The position numbers and the translations under genes were made by a program. This document shows, one piece after another, positions 55,240 to 64,000 of a stretch of 64,000 bases of DNA. Each line of letters starts with the position of its first letter. Position 1 is the first letter of the stretch. Source of the DNA: a virus; the IMG/VR virus record IMGVR_UViG_3300023240_001094, positions 1-64,000 of that record. One strand, written 5' to 3'. Under the pieces are notes generated by a model. It searched no databases. It saw only the letters and a list, made by a program, of their open reading frames with translations, and was not told the origin of the DNA.

Positions 55240-56738
55240 TTTATATCTATCTCATAAATTTTATAATCAAATTCCTGTTTAGCGTACATTTTAATGCGCT
55301 CACCGGAATGCTCTAACGTGTAGTTTCTTTTTCCGTGCCAATGTAGGTCGTCAGCAATGTCGAATAGTTTAGCTACTGATCCATCATCTGATTTTCTGAG
55401 TGTTCGTCCGATTGATTGGAGCACTCTGATTTGAGACTTGGATGGGGATGCAAATATGATATTATGCAAATTACGAATATTAATCCCAGTGGAAAAAGTG
55501 CCAAGACTAGCAACAATGATAGCATTCTTTTGTGTCTCCACGATTTTACGGATAGCTTCTCTAACCGATGTGTCAGTCTCGCCTGATACAAAGAACACTT
55601 TGCGCTTTTCGTGTGCCTTAGCTCTGATCTGTTCGAATAGTGGTTTTCCGTGCTTTTCTACAAAATTGAATAGAACGAGTGTGTTTCCATTAAGGTCCAA
55701 AGCAAGATTCGATATAAGCTTATTACGGCCTTCATGTTTTACAATATAGTCAAGTTCTGCTTGATATGTTTGTTTACCCCATGCCTGTCTAATATCCTCT
55801 GGATATTTAAGGAGTAAAACACTAATTTTTAGTTTAGAAAGCGTATTCTCATCTTGCAGTTTCTTTGTGGTCGTTACATTATATATCTTTCCAAAAAGCC
55901 CCTGCAGAACCAATTCGTGGGTTTGTGATCCATCGAGCGTACCTGTTGTACCCCACCTGTATTCGGCTTCTTTACATTTATCCATAATTGTTGTGAGTGA
56001 TTTAGATTTAAAGCCATGACATTCATCACCAATGACGGCACCAAATTGCTCAAACCATTGTGGCGGAAGTTTGTATATTGACTGCCAAGTTGAAATGATG
56101 ATTTCTTTGTCAGTGTTTTTATCTCGTCCAGAATAAATACGGTGGACGCAGTCTTCGGCTGGCATTCCATAGTCTGCGAAGTCGTTGTACATTTGTTCAA
56201 CAAGTGACGTTGTTGGGACAATAACCAAGACTTTCCTGTTTGCCTTCCGTAAGTCCGAAAGATATTTTTGAGCGAGTGTGTAGATGATAAGAGATTTTCC
56301 AGAACCTGTTGGTGAGATAAGGACAGCTCTTTTTCTGTGAAGTGCTTCACAAATTGCGTCAAACTGGTAGTCTCGTATTCCAATAGGTTTACCTCTTGAT
56401 TGTAAGTCTAAATTATCTATGAATAGTTTTATATCTTCTGGATTAATATTAACCAGAGCATCAGGTCGCCCGTAGTAGTTGTTGTGCTCAACCTCAATTT
56501 TATATTCACGTGGACGTGCGAACTCAGCAAGGAAAGGATACAATCCAATAGGTAGCTCAAGTTTGTGTATGTTAAATAGACGGATTTTTCCGTCCCACAC
56601 TTTATTTTTATACGCCGGCATAAACTTATATCCAGGAACAAAAAACGAAAAGAAATCACTTAACTCATTCGCGATTCCGTAATCGCATGAGATGTGCATC
56701 ATAGAGTGGTTTTTATTTTGTACTTTAATTATATCCAT
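55236..56738 (-). CDS. uvsW: UvsW helicase
   Basis: SPTGSGKS, GDECH, TTGT, FSTGIN, QSIGR. Confidence 0.95.
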   Translation of the reverse strand: MDIIKVQNKNHSMMHISCDYGIANELSDFFSFFVPGYKFMPAYKNKVWDGKIRLFNIHKLELPIGLYPFLAEFARPREYKIEVEHNNYYGRPDALVNINPEDIKLFIDNLDLQSRGKPIGIRDYQFDAICEALHRKRAVLISPTGSGKSLIIYTLAQKYLSDLRKANRKVLVIVPTTSLVEQMYNDFADYGMPAEDCVHRIYSGRDKNTDKEIIISTWQSIYKLPPQWFEQFGAVIGDECHGFKSKSLTTIMDKCKEAEYRWGTTGTLDGSQTHELVLQGLFGKIYNVTTTKKLQDENTLSKLKISVLLLKYPEDIRQAWGKQTYQAELDYIVKHEGRNKLISNLALDLNGNTLVLFNFVEKHGKPLFEQIRAKAHEKRKVFFVSGETDTSVREAIRKIVETQKNAIIVASLGTFSTGINIRNLHNIIFASPSKSQIRVLQSIGRTLRKSDDGSVAKLFDIADDLHWHGKRNYTLEHSGERIKMYAKQEFDYKIYEIDIK

Positions 56739-56766
56739 GATTCTATATATACGTCAATAGAAACAA

Positions 56767-56791
56767 CATTAGGGCACTGAATGCCCTAATG
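56767..56791. terminator. hairpin between uvsY and uvsW
   Basis: CATTAGGGCA-CTGAA-TGCCCTAATG. Confidence 0.5.
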
Positions 56792-56811
56792 TGATACAAT
56801 GATTTTAGTGA

Positions 56812-57270
56812 TTAGTTACCGGCTTCGAACATACGCCATTTAATCATATTTCCGATTGTCTGGTGGCGCCATTTGATATTATCAACAATTTCAGTAAGTG
56901 TATCAACTAATATCTTTAGCTCAATTATTTCTTCTTCGGATTTCTGAATATCAGTGTCTGCATCATAGTAGTAATCCATTTCACCCTTAAGAACCTTAAG
57001 TCCCTTAAATGGATCAAATTCCCATCCGCGAGACTGAATCTCTTCCTGAGTCATTTTACCATTATAATATAGCCATTTTGCTTTCAATAAAGTTTTCTGT
57101 GATGCCTGAGCCCGGCGATGCATCATCTTTGCTTCTGCTAAAAACGGAAGATATTTTGCATGCAAAGACGGTGTTTGACGAGAAGCCTCATCAAGTGATT
57201 TTTTATCGATAACAGAGTCTTTTTCCCACATCGTGAGAACCGGTTCAATGTATTTCATATTATACTCCAA
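56812..57270 (-). CDS. uvsY: UvsY recombination mediator
   Basis: W.KDS.ID, LHAKY, YY.GK, I.N.I.W..F.AG. Confidence 0.9.
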   Translation of the reverse strand: MEYNMKYIEPVLTMWEKDSVIDKKSLDEASRQTPSLHAKYLPFLAEAKMMHRRAQASQKTLLKAKWLYYNGKMTQEEIQSRGWEFDPFKGLKVLKGEMDYYYDADTDIQKSEEEIIELKILVDTLTEIVDNIKWRHQTIGNMIKWRMFEAGN

Positions 57271-57293
57271 TTGCTTTGAGCAATTATACCATG

Positions 57294-57803
57294 TTATTCA
57301 GTGATTGTAAACGTTGTATAGTAAAATGTGATGGGGAACGTGATATATGTTACATTATCAACTGTTGACTGAAAGTTAATTGATCCAACATTTGTTGGGA
57401 ATGCTCCCTTATATGTGATCTTATCAATCTGATTGTTATGGCTACTTAGGATCGACAGTGTAATATCATAGAACGTCGTGTCTTGATTTTCAGCTGTAAT
57501 ACTTGATGCGCTCTTTACATTTTGTTCTGCTGTGGATTTGATCCAGTTTAGCATCTCTTTGTATACATTCATATTCTCATCTACAATAGCATCTAAAGAC
57601 AAAGCACCGTATTCAACTTTATCTCCTGGAAGCAATAGATTTGTTCCTCGGAATGGAGCAATTGCAGGCGATACAGACACATCAGGGTGTGTTACTGTTT
57701 GTGCAAAGAATTCTAGGTTTTTAAAGCGTTTTCTATTTACTACAAGCTTAAATCCGTTTGGCTGTAAGAAATTCTGTGACTCTAGTATTGATGTGGTTGT
57801 CAT
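57294..57803 (-). CDS. 3: tail completion protein gp3
   Basis: NFLQPNGF, PGDK, VDEN...Y, AFPT; late promoter at 57826-57833. Confidence 0.85.
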   Translation of the reverse strand: MTTTSILESQNFLQPNGFKLVVNRKRFKNLEFFAQTVTHPDVSVSPAIAPFRGTNLLLPGDKVEYGALSLDAIVDENMNVYKEMLNWIKSTAEQNVKSASSITAENQDTTFYDITLSILSSHNNQIDKITYKGAFPTNVGSINFQSTVDNVTYITFPITFYYTTFTITE

Positions 57804-57855
57804 GTATATACCTCGTTGTTACCACTATTTATATCGGAAAAATATCATTTTATCT

Positions 57856-57909
57856 ATGTACATTCATCCTAGGCTATGGTATAACAGTTATATCAAAAGG
57901 AGATACACA
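57856..57909 (+). promoter_or_regulatory. early promoter plus RBS cassette
   Basis: ATGTACA...TATGGTATAAC...TATATCAAAAGGAGATACACA. Confidence 0.75.
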
Positions 57910-58137
57910 ATGCAATTTATGAAATTTCAATCTGACTTCGGAATCCATCGCGCGGTTAACTGTCCTGTTGAACTTGATATTATTGAGGTGACTAAATGTG
58001 CTCCTGGACGTGATGTTTGGCATACATTTGTTGTATCGACTGAAAAAACATTTGATGAATTTCAAACTTGGTCCGATGCTGTTCGATTTGCAGAACATAA
58101 ATTTGGTGTTAAATTTGACCTCGAGGGAAAAAAATAA
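57910..58137 (+). CDS. small early protein
   Basis: MQFMKFQSDFG... after AAGGAG. Confidence 0.7.
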   Translation: MQFMKFQSDFGIHRAVNCPVELDIIEVTKCAPGRDVWHTFVVSTEKTFDEFQTWSDAVRFAEHKFGVKFDLEGKK

Positions 58138-58337
58138 TGAAATATAAAGTAGAATGGAACCAATGGTATCGCTGTGGGTATCACGGAGATGATGCAGATT
58201 ATGAAGTAGAACGCGCATATTTTAAAACTCTAGATGAGGCAAATGCATATGTGAATGAGCTTATTAGCGGTAAACGCCGCGGAACATATGATATGTCAGT
58301 GAACCGTGATGAAGTTAAAATTATAAAGGAAGATTAA
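58137..58337 (+). CDS. small early protein
   Basis: TAATG coupling; F.TLDEA motif. Confidence 0.7.
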   Translation: MKYKVEWNQWYRCGYHGDDADYEVERAYFKTLDEANAYVNELISGKRRGTYDMSVNRDEVKIIKED

Positions 58338-58517
58338 ATGCAAATTTCTATGATGTATCGCGGGGTTTCTATATACAAGAATGGTGAAAACAAAAAACAC
58401 GTTGCTTGCTTTTTGGATAAAAAGCTCGCTGAAAAATATGCAAAGCAGTGCACCGGCTTGTCAAAATTTGATGACTTTAAAGTTGTCGAAAGCATTCTAT
58501 ATAGAGAGTTTGGTTAA
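58338..58517 (+). CDS. small early protein (59 aa)
   Basis: Manual translation MQISMMYRGVSIYKNG...; AAGGA RBS. Confidence 0.6.
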   Translation: MQISMMYRGVSIYKNGENKKHVACFLDKKLAEKYAKQCTGLSKFDDFKVVESILYREFG

Positions 58518-58551
58518 GAATAAAAAAAGGCAACCCGAAGGCTTAAGTATA

Positions 58552-59111
58552 TCAATATTCACTATATTTCTTATTAGGACTTTTACATCTGTGTGATATA
58601 GTGGTTCTATGAATTCTAGTTAATTTAGATGCTTCTGTGAGTGTTTCATATGTGGAACCATCAATATAGACAGGTTGTGCTCTTGGGTTATCTTTGGGGT
58701 TATCTTTGCCTTTCATGATAGGAAGATGATGATTTCCCGCTGCAAATCTCTTTTGTATAACTTTGAAAGATGAGGCTTTGGTATGGAGTTTGCAATCCTT
58801 ACGGCTTGCTTCTGTTTATCAGTTGGGGTTCTTCCATAAAATGGATTACCTTCTCCACTATTTTTATCTGACATTTTTTTCTTCCATGCCAAAGACTTGG
58901 GTTTCTTTTGCAGCTCTTTAATAGCTTCTGCTTTACTAACCTGTCCGAGTAACATTCTACTGGCAACCAGGTCTTGATGCCATCCGTGTTTGTTGTATAA
59001 ATCAAGATGAGCTTGTGCGTGTTCTTCAATTGTAAGTTCTACTAAATTTGACGGATCGTCTGATCCACCCATATGCTTAGGAACTATGTGATGTTTGTGA
59101 TATATAGTCAT
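58552..59111 (-). pseudogene. frameshifted HNH homing endonuclease (NUMOD3/NUMOD1 tail)
   Basis: HKHHIVPKHMGGSDD.SNL; shifted frames continue NPRAQPVYIDGSTYETLTEASKLL and IHRTTISHRCKS. Confidence 0.8.
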
Positions 59112-59183
59112 GCTGGAACTTTCTTTCTTGTGTTTCTAGAGTAGTTGGATGTTGGTGCATCGTGAACTACATTTATATTTATA
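59112..59183 (-). promoter_or_regulatory. late promoter plus structured leader, copy B
   Basis: TATAAATA; GTAGTT-CAC-GATG-CACCAA-CATC-C-AACTAC-TCTAGAAACA...TTCCAG. Confidence 0.8.
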
Positions 59184-59204
59184 CCCATTGTTATCCACAC
59201 GCAT

Positions 59205-59230
59205 AAAAAAAGAGCGCCGAAGCGCTCTTT
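59205..59230 (-). terminator. gp23 terminator
   Basis: AAAGAGCGC-TTCG-GCGCTCTTT followed by T-run. Confidence 0.88.
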
Positions 59231-59263
59231 AGTTGAGTAACATTGTTACTTATTTCTTGCTTA

Positions 59264-60580
59264 TTATGCAAGGATATTATCGACGCGAAATATGCGATAA
59301 TATTGGTTAGTCTTAGCAGTTGCAAGACCGTCTGCAGGAGTAGCACCAACGAATGGGTTAGAAGCCATGCCGTAGCGTGTCTTGAAACCAATTTTAGGCT
59401 GGAACGTTTCCTCAGCAACGGCGCGAACCATTGTAAGCGGTACGTATGGGCAATAGAATACACCGGCGTCATATGGGTTTGTGCCCTTATAGCCTACGTT
59501 GATGTAATCTGTAGCAGCATATGGATCGATATAGATCTTCATGCGACCGTTAAGAACACCAGCGAATGTGTTGCCTGTATCGTCTACGTTAAGTGTTGTT
59601 GACATTGCAGGAGCATAGTCAAGCATACCTGAAGCTGCAAGAGCAGATGCTACGTCTGAAGATACGATCGCAAAGTTACCTTTACCGCGTCTTGTTTCTT
59701 TAGCAATTACGTTTGCTTCACGCTCAAGCTGAAGAATAAGACCTTTGATCTTCTCTACGCTCCAACGACCATCCGCATCTGTTGACAAGTCAAAGATACC
59801 GTTGATTGCTGTGTTAGCTGTACCAGCACCAGTTTTAGCTTGGCTGTTGATTGTACGGATAACTTCGCGGTTGATTTCTGCAAGAATCTCAGTTGAGAGA
59901 ATGTTTGCAAGCTCTGTTTCAGCATCAAGACCGTGGATTGCTTTCAAGTCTTGTGCAAGTTCTAGGCTGTACTCAGCTTTCAACGCGCGTGATTTCGCAG
60001 TCACTGTCGCTTTTTCGATGGTGAAGCCCATCTCGTTGAATGAAGAACCACCAGTTGAACCAAGTGCTTCGGCGTCAGTCGTTGGCATACCAGAAGCAAC
60101 CGATGGACCTGTGCGATCATTGTTGATTGAGCTGTCTGAGTTGGAGTCTGTAAGACCAGCAAGACCTGATGGTCCACCAGTTTGTGTTACAGATGAGTCA
60201 CCTGAGAACGCAGTGTTAGCTTCGTTGAAGAGAGCTTCTGTTGAGCTTGTTGAACCAGCACCGTAGCGTGATTTCATCGCAAAGATAAGACCAGTTGGGC
60301 CAGTCATTGGCTGAACGCCAGCAACATCATATGCCATCATGTTCGGCATTGCGCGGCGAACAAGTGAGATAAGAACTGGGTTCCAGTTAGCAGTGCCGCC
60401 GGTGTTGTTACCAGGTGCAGCTTCTGTAAGCATGTTGTTTTGAGCAGATTGTGAAGCGAATTCACGCTCTTGGTTCTCAAGAACAACTGCAGTTACGGCA
60501 CGACGGTGAGCGTCTTTAATTTCTGTGCCTTCATTGAGAACTGGTGCCCATTTCTCTGTTAGGTTATCGTATGTGTCCAT
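59264..60580 (-). CDS. 23: major capsid protein gp23
   Basis: KWAPVL, GVQPM.GPTG.IFA, KSRALKAEYS.ELAQDL.A.HG.DAE, FQPKIGFKTRYG. Confidence 0.98.
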   Translation of the reverse strand: MDTYDNLTEKWAPVLNEGTEIKDAHRRAVTAVVLENQEREFASQSAQNNMLTEAAPGNNTGGTANWNPVLISLVRRAMPNMMAYDVAGVQPMTGPTGLIFAMKSRYGAGSTSSTEALFNEANTAFSGDSSVTQTGGPSGLAGLTDSNSDSSINNDRTGPSVASGMPTTDAEALGSTGGSSFNEMGFTIEKATVTAKSRALKAEYSLELAQDLKAIHGLDAETELANILSTEILAEINREVIRTINSQAKTGAGTANTAINGIFDLSTDADGRWSVEKIKGLILQLEREANVIAKETRRGKGNFAIVSSDVASALAASGMLDYAPAMSTTLNVDDTGNTFAGVLNGRMKIYIDPYAATDYINVGYKGTNPYDAGVFYCPYVPLTMVRAVAEETFQPKIGFKTRYGMASNPFVGATPADGLATAKTNQYYRIFRVDNILA

Positions 60581-60592
60581 TGGAATTATTCC

Positions 60593-61525
60593 TTACTTCT
60601 GGGATTTTTTAATTGCGTTTACATATGCAGACATTGAGCCTGAAGTTTCGATTTCGTCGTCGAATGATTCTTCAATTTCTTCTACATGTGATGCTGTGGT
60701 TTTCTTAGTGAAATATGATTCTTTGATAGTTTTCACTTTAGCGGAAAATGTTTCTTCTGATTCGAAGTCAAGGTCCTCAGCAAGGTTTGCCAATTTTTCT
60801 ACTTCTGTTTCAGCAAGACCACGAGCGTGCTCACGGATGACTTCATAACGCTTGAATAGTTCAAGCTCAGATGTCATTTCGATTAGATCACTTGTCTGTT
60901 CGTTAAGTTTAGCTTCAAGAGCTTCAACCTGTTCAGCCAAATCATCAACTAGGTCTACTTTCTCGTCTGGAACTTCCACATAAGATTCTTCGAAAAGATC
61001 CTTAAGCTTTGACATAAACCCTTCTGCGATTTCAGAACGAAGACCGTTTTGAATTGCGAGTTTATTTTCTTCCATCCAATTTTCAACAACGTAGTTTAGG
61101 TAACCGTCAACTTTTTCGACTAGGTCGGTTTTAGTTGTTTCAATTTCCTCTTGAAGAGCTTCTGCATAGTTTTCTTCCATGCGAGCAACTTCTTCTTGGA
61201 GCTTAGAGTTAAGCGCCGCTTCGAAAATCAAACCAGCTTTAGCGCGGAAGCCCTCAGATAGAGTTGCTTCTTCGTTTACAAGTGCGTCAAGATCATCTGT
61301 GAAATCAATATCTTCAGCTTGTAGGCCAGATAGCTTTCCAGATGCTTTTAGATCTGATTTATCAGAATTTTTCTTGTCGCCCTTACGAGCTGGCGCAGTT
61401 TTACCTGCATCTTCTGCTTTTTTAGTAGCAGCGATTGATTGATCTTCTGCATTCTTTGGATCGTGAGCCTCAACAACATTCTCGTCATCATTGAGTTCAA
61501 TATCCTGATTTACTTGATCAGTCAT
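60593..61525 (-). CDS. 22: prohead core scaffold gp22
   Basis: IFEAA, KVDGYL.YV.E.W..EN. Confidence 0.93.
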   Translation of the reverse strand: MTDQVNQDIELNDDENVVEAHDPKNAEDQSIAATKKAEDAGKTAPARKGDKKNSDKSDLKASGKLSGLQAEDIDFTDDLDALVNEEATLSEGFRAKAGLIFEAALNSKLQEEVARMEENYAEALQEEIETTKTDLVEKVDGYLNYVVENWMEENKLAIQNGLRSEIAEGFMSKLKDLFEESYVEVPDEKVDLVDDLAEQVEALEAKLNEQTSDLIEMTSELELFKRYEVIREHARGLAETEVEKLANLAEDLDFESEETFSAKVKTIKESYFTKKTTASHVEEIEESFDDEIETSGSMSAYVNAIKKSQK

Positions 61526-61535
61526 AATTGACTCC

Positions 61536-62192
61536 TTATTTGTTTTTCATTAACGAGAGGAAATTCTTAAATTCACGAACCTGTGTCTCATATAGATCCA
61601 CACGAGGCGCTTTCTTAATTTCAGTCTCTATTCTCTCAATTTCCTGAGCTTCGATAATACCGTTATTCCATACCCATTCCACACCTTCCATAATGCCATT
61701 AACAAAAGCTTGTGGGGCAGATGGATCTTGGACGATGTCAATTGTATTCAACATAAAGTCTTCTTTGACATACATAACGCCATTTCTATTCTCAAGGCTT
61801 CCCATACCACGAGTCGAAACACCTAGTTGCACACCACCTTCGAGTAGACCTTTAACAATCTGTCCCATTGGAGTATCCAATATACGTGCTTTACCCATCA
61901 CATTATTTCCCTCAATTCTGAGGTCTGTAATAAGATGGGATACTTTATCTAAGTTAACAGTTGGACCATCAGGGTGGTTTAGTTCCCCAACTGCTCTCTT
62001 AGTTTTAACTTGGTCTGTGTAATACTTATTTACAGCACCTTCCATAACGTTCTTTGGATAGATGCGACCATTTCTGTTTTTGCCTTCGGACTGAGCAAAG
62101 ATTCCTTCAATGATGTAGTTCTTAGATCCATCATCTTTCTTTTCTACTAGACACTGGACGTCCGTCTCTGTGTATTCAGTGATAAGTTTCAT
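61536..62192 (-). CDS. 21: prohead protease gp21
   Basis: NRNGRIYP, GELNHP, VSH, GVSTRGMGS, D.V.DPSAP. Confidence 0.96.
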   Translation of the reverse strand: MKLITEYTETDVQCLVEKKDDGSKNYIIEGIFAQSEGKNRNGRIYPKNVMEGAVNKYYTDQVKTKRAVGELNHPDGPTVNLDKVSHLITDLRIEGNNVMGKARILDTPMGQIVKGLLEGGVQLGVSTRGMGSLENRNGVMYVKEDFMLNTIDIVQDPSAPQAFVNGIMEGVEWVWNNGIIEAQEIERIETEIKKAPRVDLYETQVREFKNFLSLMKNK

Positions 62193-62416
62193 TTGCTTCC
62201 TGCCATTTTAATAAACTCATTTGCTGCTTTTTTTGCATCATTCAAAGATGAATATGTATCCAACTTTTCATTATCAATGTAAGCAACAAACGAGTTCTTT
62301 TCTTTATGCACCATAACATTATAGCCTTTTACTTTGGCATCAAAAACGTGAGTGCCCTTAGGCATTCCTTTAATCTTTGCTTCTCTGATTTGGCTAAAAT
62401 TTTTCATATGGTTCAC
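62189..62416 (-). CDS. prohead core protein (gp68 position)
   Basis: Synteny; MKNFSQIRE; late promoter at 62433-62440. Confidence 0.6.
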   Translation of the reverse strand: MNHMKNFSQIREAKIKGMPKGTHVFDAKVKGYNVMVHKEKNSFVAYIDNEKLDTYSSLNDAKKAANEFIKMAGSK

Positions 62417-62458
62417 TTTATGTATTCTGTATTATTTATATAGATTTAGATCTTAAGA

Positions 62459-62704
62459 TCACTCGTCTTCATCATTTTCTTCATAATGATCTTCAGCCGC
62501 ATCTTCAAGATCTTCGTCGGTAATCTCATCATCAATAGCATCTTGCCAGATACCCTGAGCAACTGCTACCTTTTCTTGCTCAAGAGCATGATGAACTTTA
62601 CTCATTAATACATCGTTAAACACGTCATTGGCTTTATTAAATTCTGCATTGGCTGCAAAATCAATCATGTTCTCAAGTGGGTTTGTTTGTTCTACTTCAC
62701 TCAT
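62459..62704 (-). CDS. prohead core protein gp67-like
   Basis: Acidic, directly downstream of portal. Confidence 0.7.
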   Translation of the reverse strand: MSEVEQTNPLENMIDFAANAEFNKANDVFNDVLMSKVHHALEQEKVAVAQGIWQDAIDDEITDEDLEDAAEDHYEENDEDE

Positions 62705-62755
62705 ATTATATTCCTATTTATCTACTTTAATATTGATGTTGTGGTTTTGCCCATC

Positions 62756-64000
62756 TTATTTTTCAGGGGTATCATTTTCATCTTGTTTTTGGTCATTAAA
62801 TTCGTCAGCTTCGTCTTGCGCAGGAGCTTCGGAATCAATTTGTTTTGTCATGTGTTTAATGTCTTCATCGTTAAACTGAAGTACGTTACGCATAACCCAT
62901 TCTTTAGAAAAGAACTCGCCAATATAATTCTGAACTTGATCAAGAGACTGTAGTCTTTCCCTCAGTAACTCAGCGTCCTTTAATTCAGTGAAATGGTTAT
63001 CACGCCTGAATTCAAACTGGATCATATTGGAATTTTCATCCCAATCTTCCTCGGTAATGATGTTCTTAAGAATAAGTTGTTTTTTTAGAATTTCTCTAAA
63101 CAACATTGAAAAGCGTTTGCGTAATCTATCAATAAACTTCTGGAATTTTAGCTCATCGCGCGAAATCTCAGTGGAGCGACCAATATTGAATTGGCCTTCT
63201 TGTTCAAGTCTACCAATAGGAACATTCAGTGATTTATATAGGCGTTTTTGGAAATACAGAATGTCATCAATTTGTCCGAGGTTTTCACCACCAGGTAGAG
63301 TTGAAATTTCTGTACCTCTTCCACCTTCACGTCGTGGAAGCCAGAAGTCTTCAAGCATAGACATATGCTTGCGGTCATCTTTAATAGCACCAGTGCTTGC
63401 ATCATAGACAAGTTTGTTTCTGTATCTTGACATAATGCCTTTCATATATTCTTCTGACTTACCTTTTGGTAGGTTGCCAACATCAATATAAAAGATTCTG
63501 CGTTCTGGTGCACGAGCGAGACGATAGATTACCAGTGAATCTTCCATCATGCGCAACTGGTTAATAGGCTTCAGTGCTTTATGTAGATACGAAACAACAT
63601 GTTTATGTGATGCGTCAAGCAATCCCGACGTTGAATATACGACCGAATCCTTTGTTAGCTTAATGCCACTATTCTGTTGACCAGGTTTTTCCTGGTAGAT
63701 ATAATATTCGCTTTGTCCCTCGATAATATTAGCGCCAGTAATTGGATCTTTTTTCTTAATGATCTCTTTTACTTTACGAATCTTTGCGGCGTCAATAGGG
63801 CGAATATCAAGAATGCCCGCAGACGGGTTTTTATCATCAACTACAAGGTGGAAATTATGTCTCCCATCGATGTACCATTTTCTAAAAATATCATGGCCTA
63901 GGTCATTAAACCTGAGCATGTATAGAATGTCGTCAAATTCCTCTTGGATTTTTCCTTTAATGCCATCGGATAGCTTTACCTTATCCATATCTAGGTTGAC
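62756..64000 (-). CDS. 20: portal protein gp20 (5'-truncated by window)
   Basis: WYIDGR, YRLARAPERRIFYIDVGNLP, EDFWLPRREGGRGTEI. Confidence 0.97.
   Translation of the reverse strand, partial: VNLDMDKVKLSDGIKGKIQEEFDDILYMLRFNDLGHDIFRKWYIDGRHNFHLVVDDKNPSAGILDIRPIDAAKIRKVKEIIKKKDPITGANIIEGQSEYYIYQEKPGQQNSGIKLTKDSVVYSTSGLLDASHKHVVSYLHKALKPINQLRMMEDSLVIYRLARAPERRIFYIDVGNLPKGKSEEYMKGIMSRYRNKLVYDASTGAIKDDRKHMSMLEDFWLPRREGGRGTEISTLPGGENLGQIDDILYFQKRLYKSLNVPIGRLEQEGQFNIGRSTEISRDELKFQKFIDRLRKRFSMLFREILKKQLILKNIITEEDWDENSNMIQFEFRRDNHFTELKDAELLRERLQSLDQVQNYIGEFFSKEWVMRNVLQFNDEDIKHMTKQIDSEAPAQDEADEFNDQKQDENDTPEK

Noticed and set aside
59243-63901. Plus-strand ORFs antisense to head genes, and similar ones across the window
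   Set aside because: Shadow ORFs of conserved genes with no RBS or recognisable motifs
1-64000. Stop-codon reassignment
   Set aside because: Core genes are full length in the standard code and TAA, TAG and TGA all serve as stops

Overview
64 kb of a T4-like myovirus genome. It carries portal/head genes gp20-23, gp3, uvsY/W/X, gp55, gp47/46/45/44/62, regA, gp43, gp41, nrdAB, rnh and phoH, almost all on the minus strand, with TATAAATA late promoters and GTGTACA-N~15-TGGTATAA early-type promoters. The host is probably an alphaproteobacterium, inferred from an alpha-type permuted tmRNA and a ROSE-like element. Main observations: (1) a two-piece permuted tmRNA (tag ANTNASPFGSALAA) whose intervening segment holds a complete HNH homing endonuclease gene; (2) a DNA-modification block with a gp42-type dCMP hydroxymethylase, a glycosyltransferase, a UDP-glucose dehydrogenase and a UDP-glucuronate-epimerase-like enzyme, suggesting uronic-acid-modified hmC; (3) a covarying structured leader shared by two unrelated homing endonuclease genes; (4) orphan 3' ends of nrdA, hsp20 and gp62 and a broken terminator, read as homing-endonuclease insertion scars; (5) a class Id-like RNR with candidate tandem NrdR boxes; (6) a ROSE-like thermometer on hsp20; (7) late proteins with capsid-targeting-like N-termini; (8) an exact 35-nt promoter plus G-tract repeat. 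All calls come from motif recognition by eye; no database searches were run.
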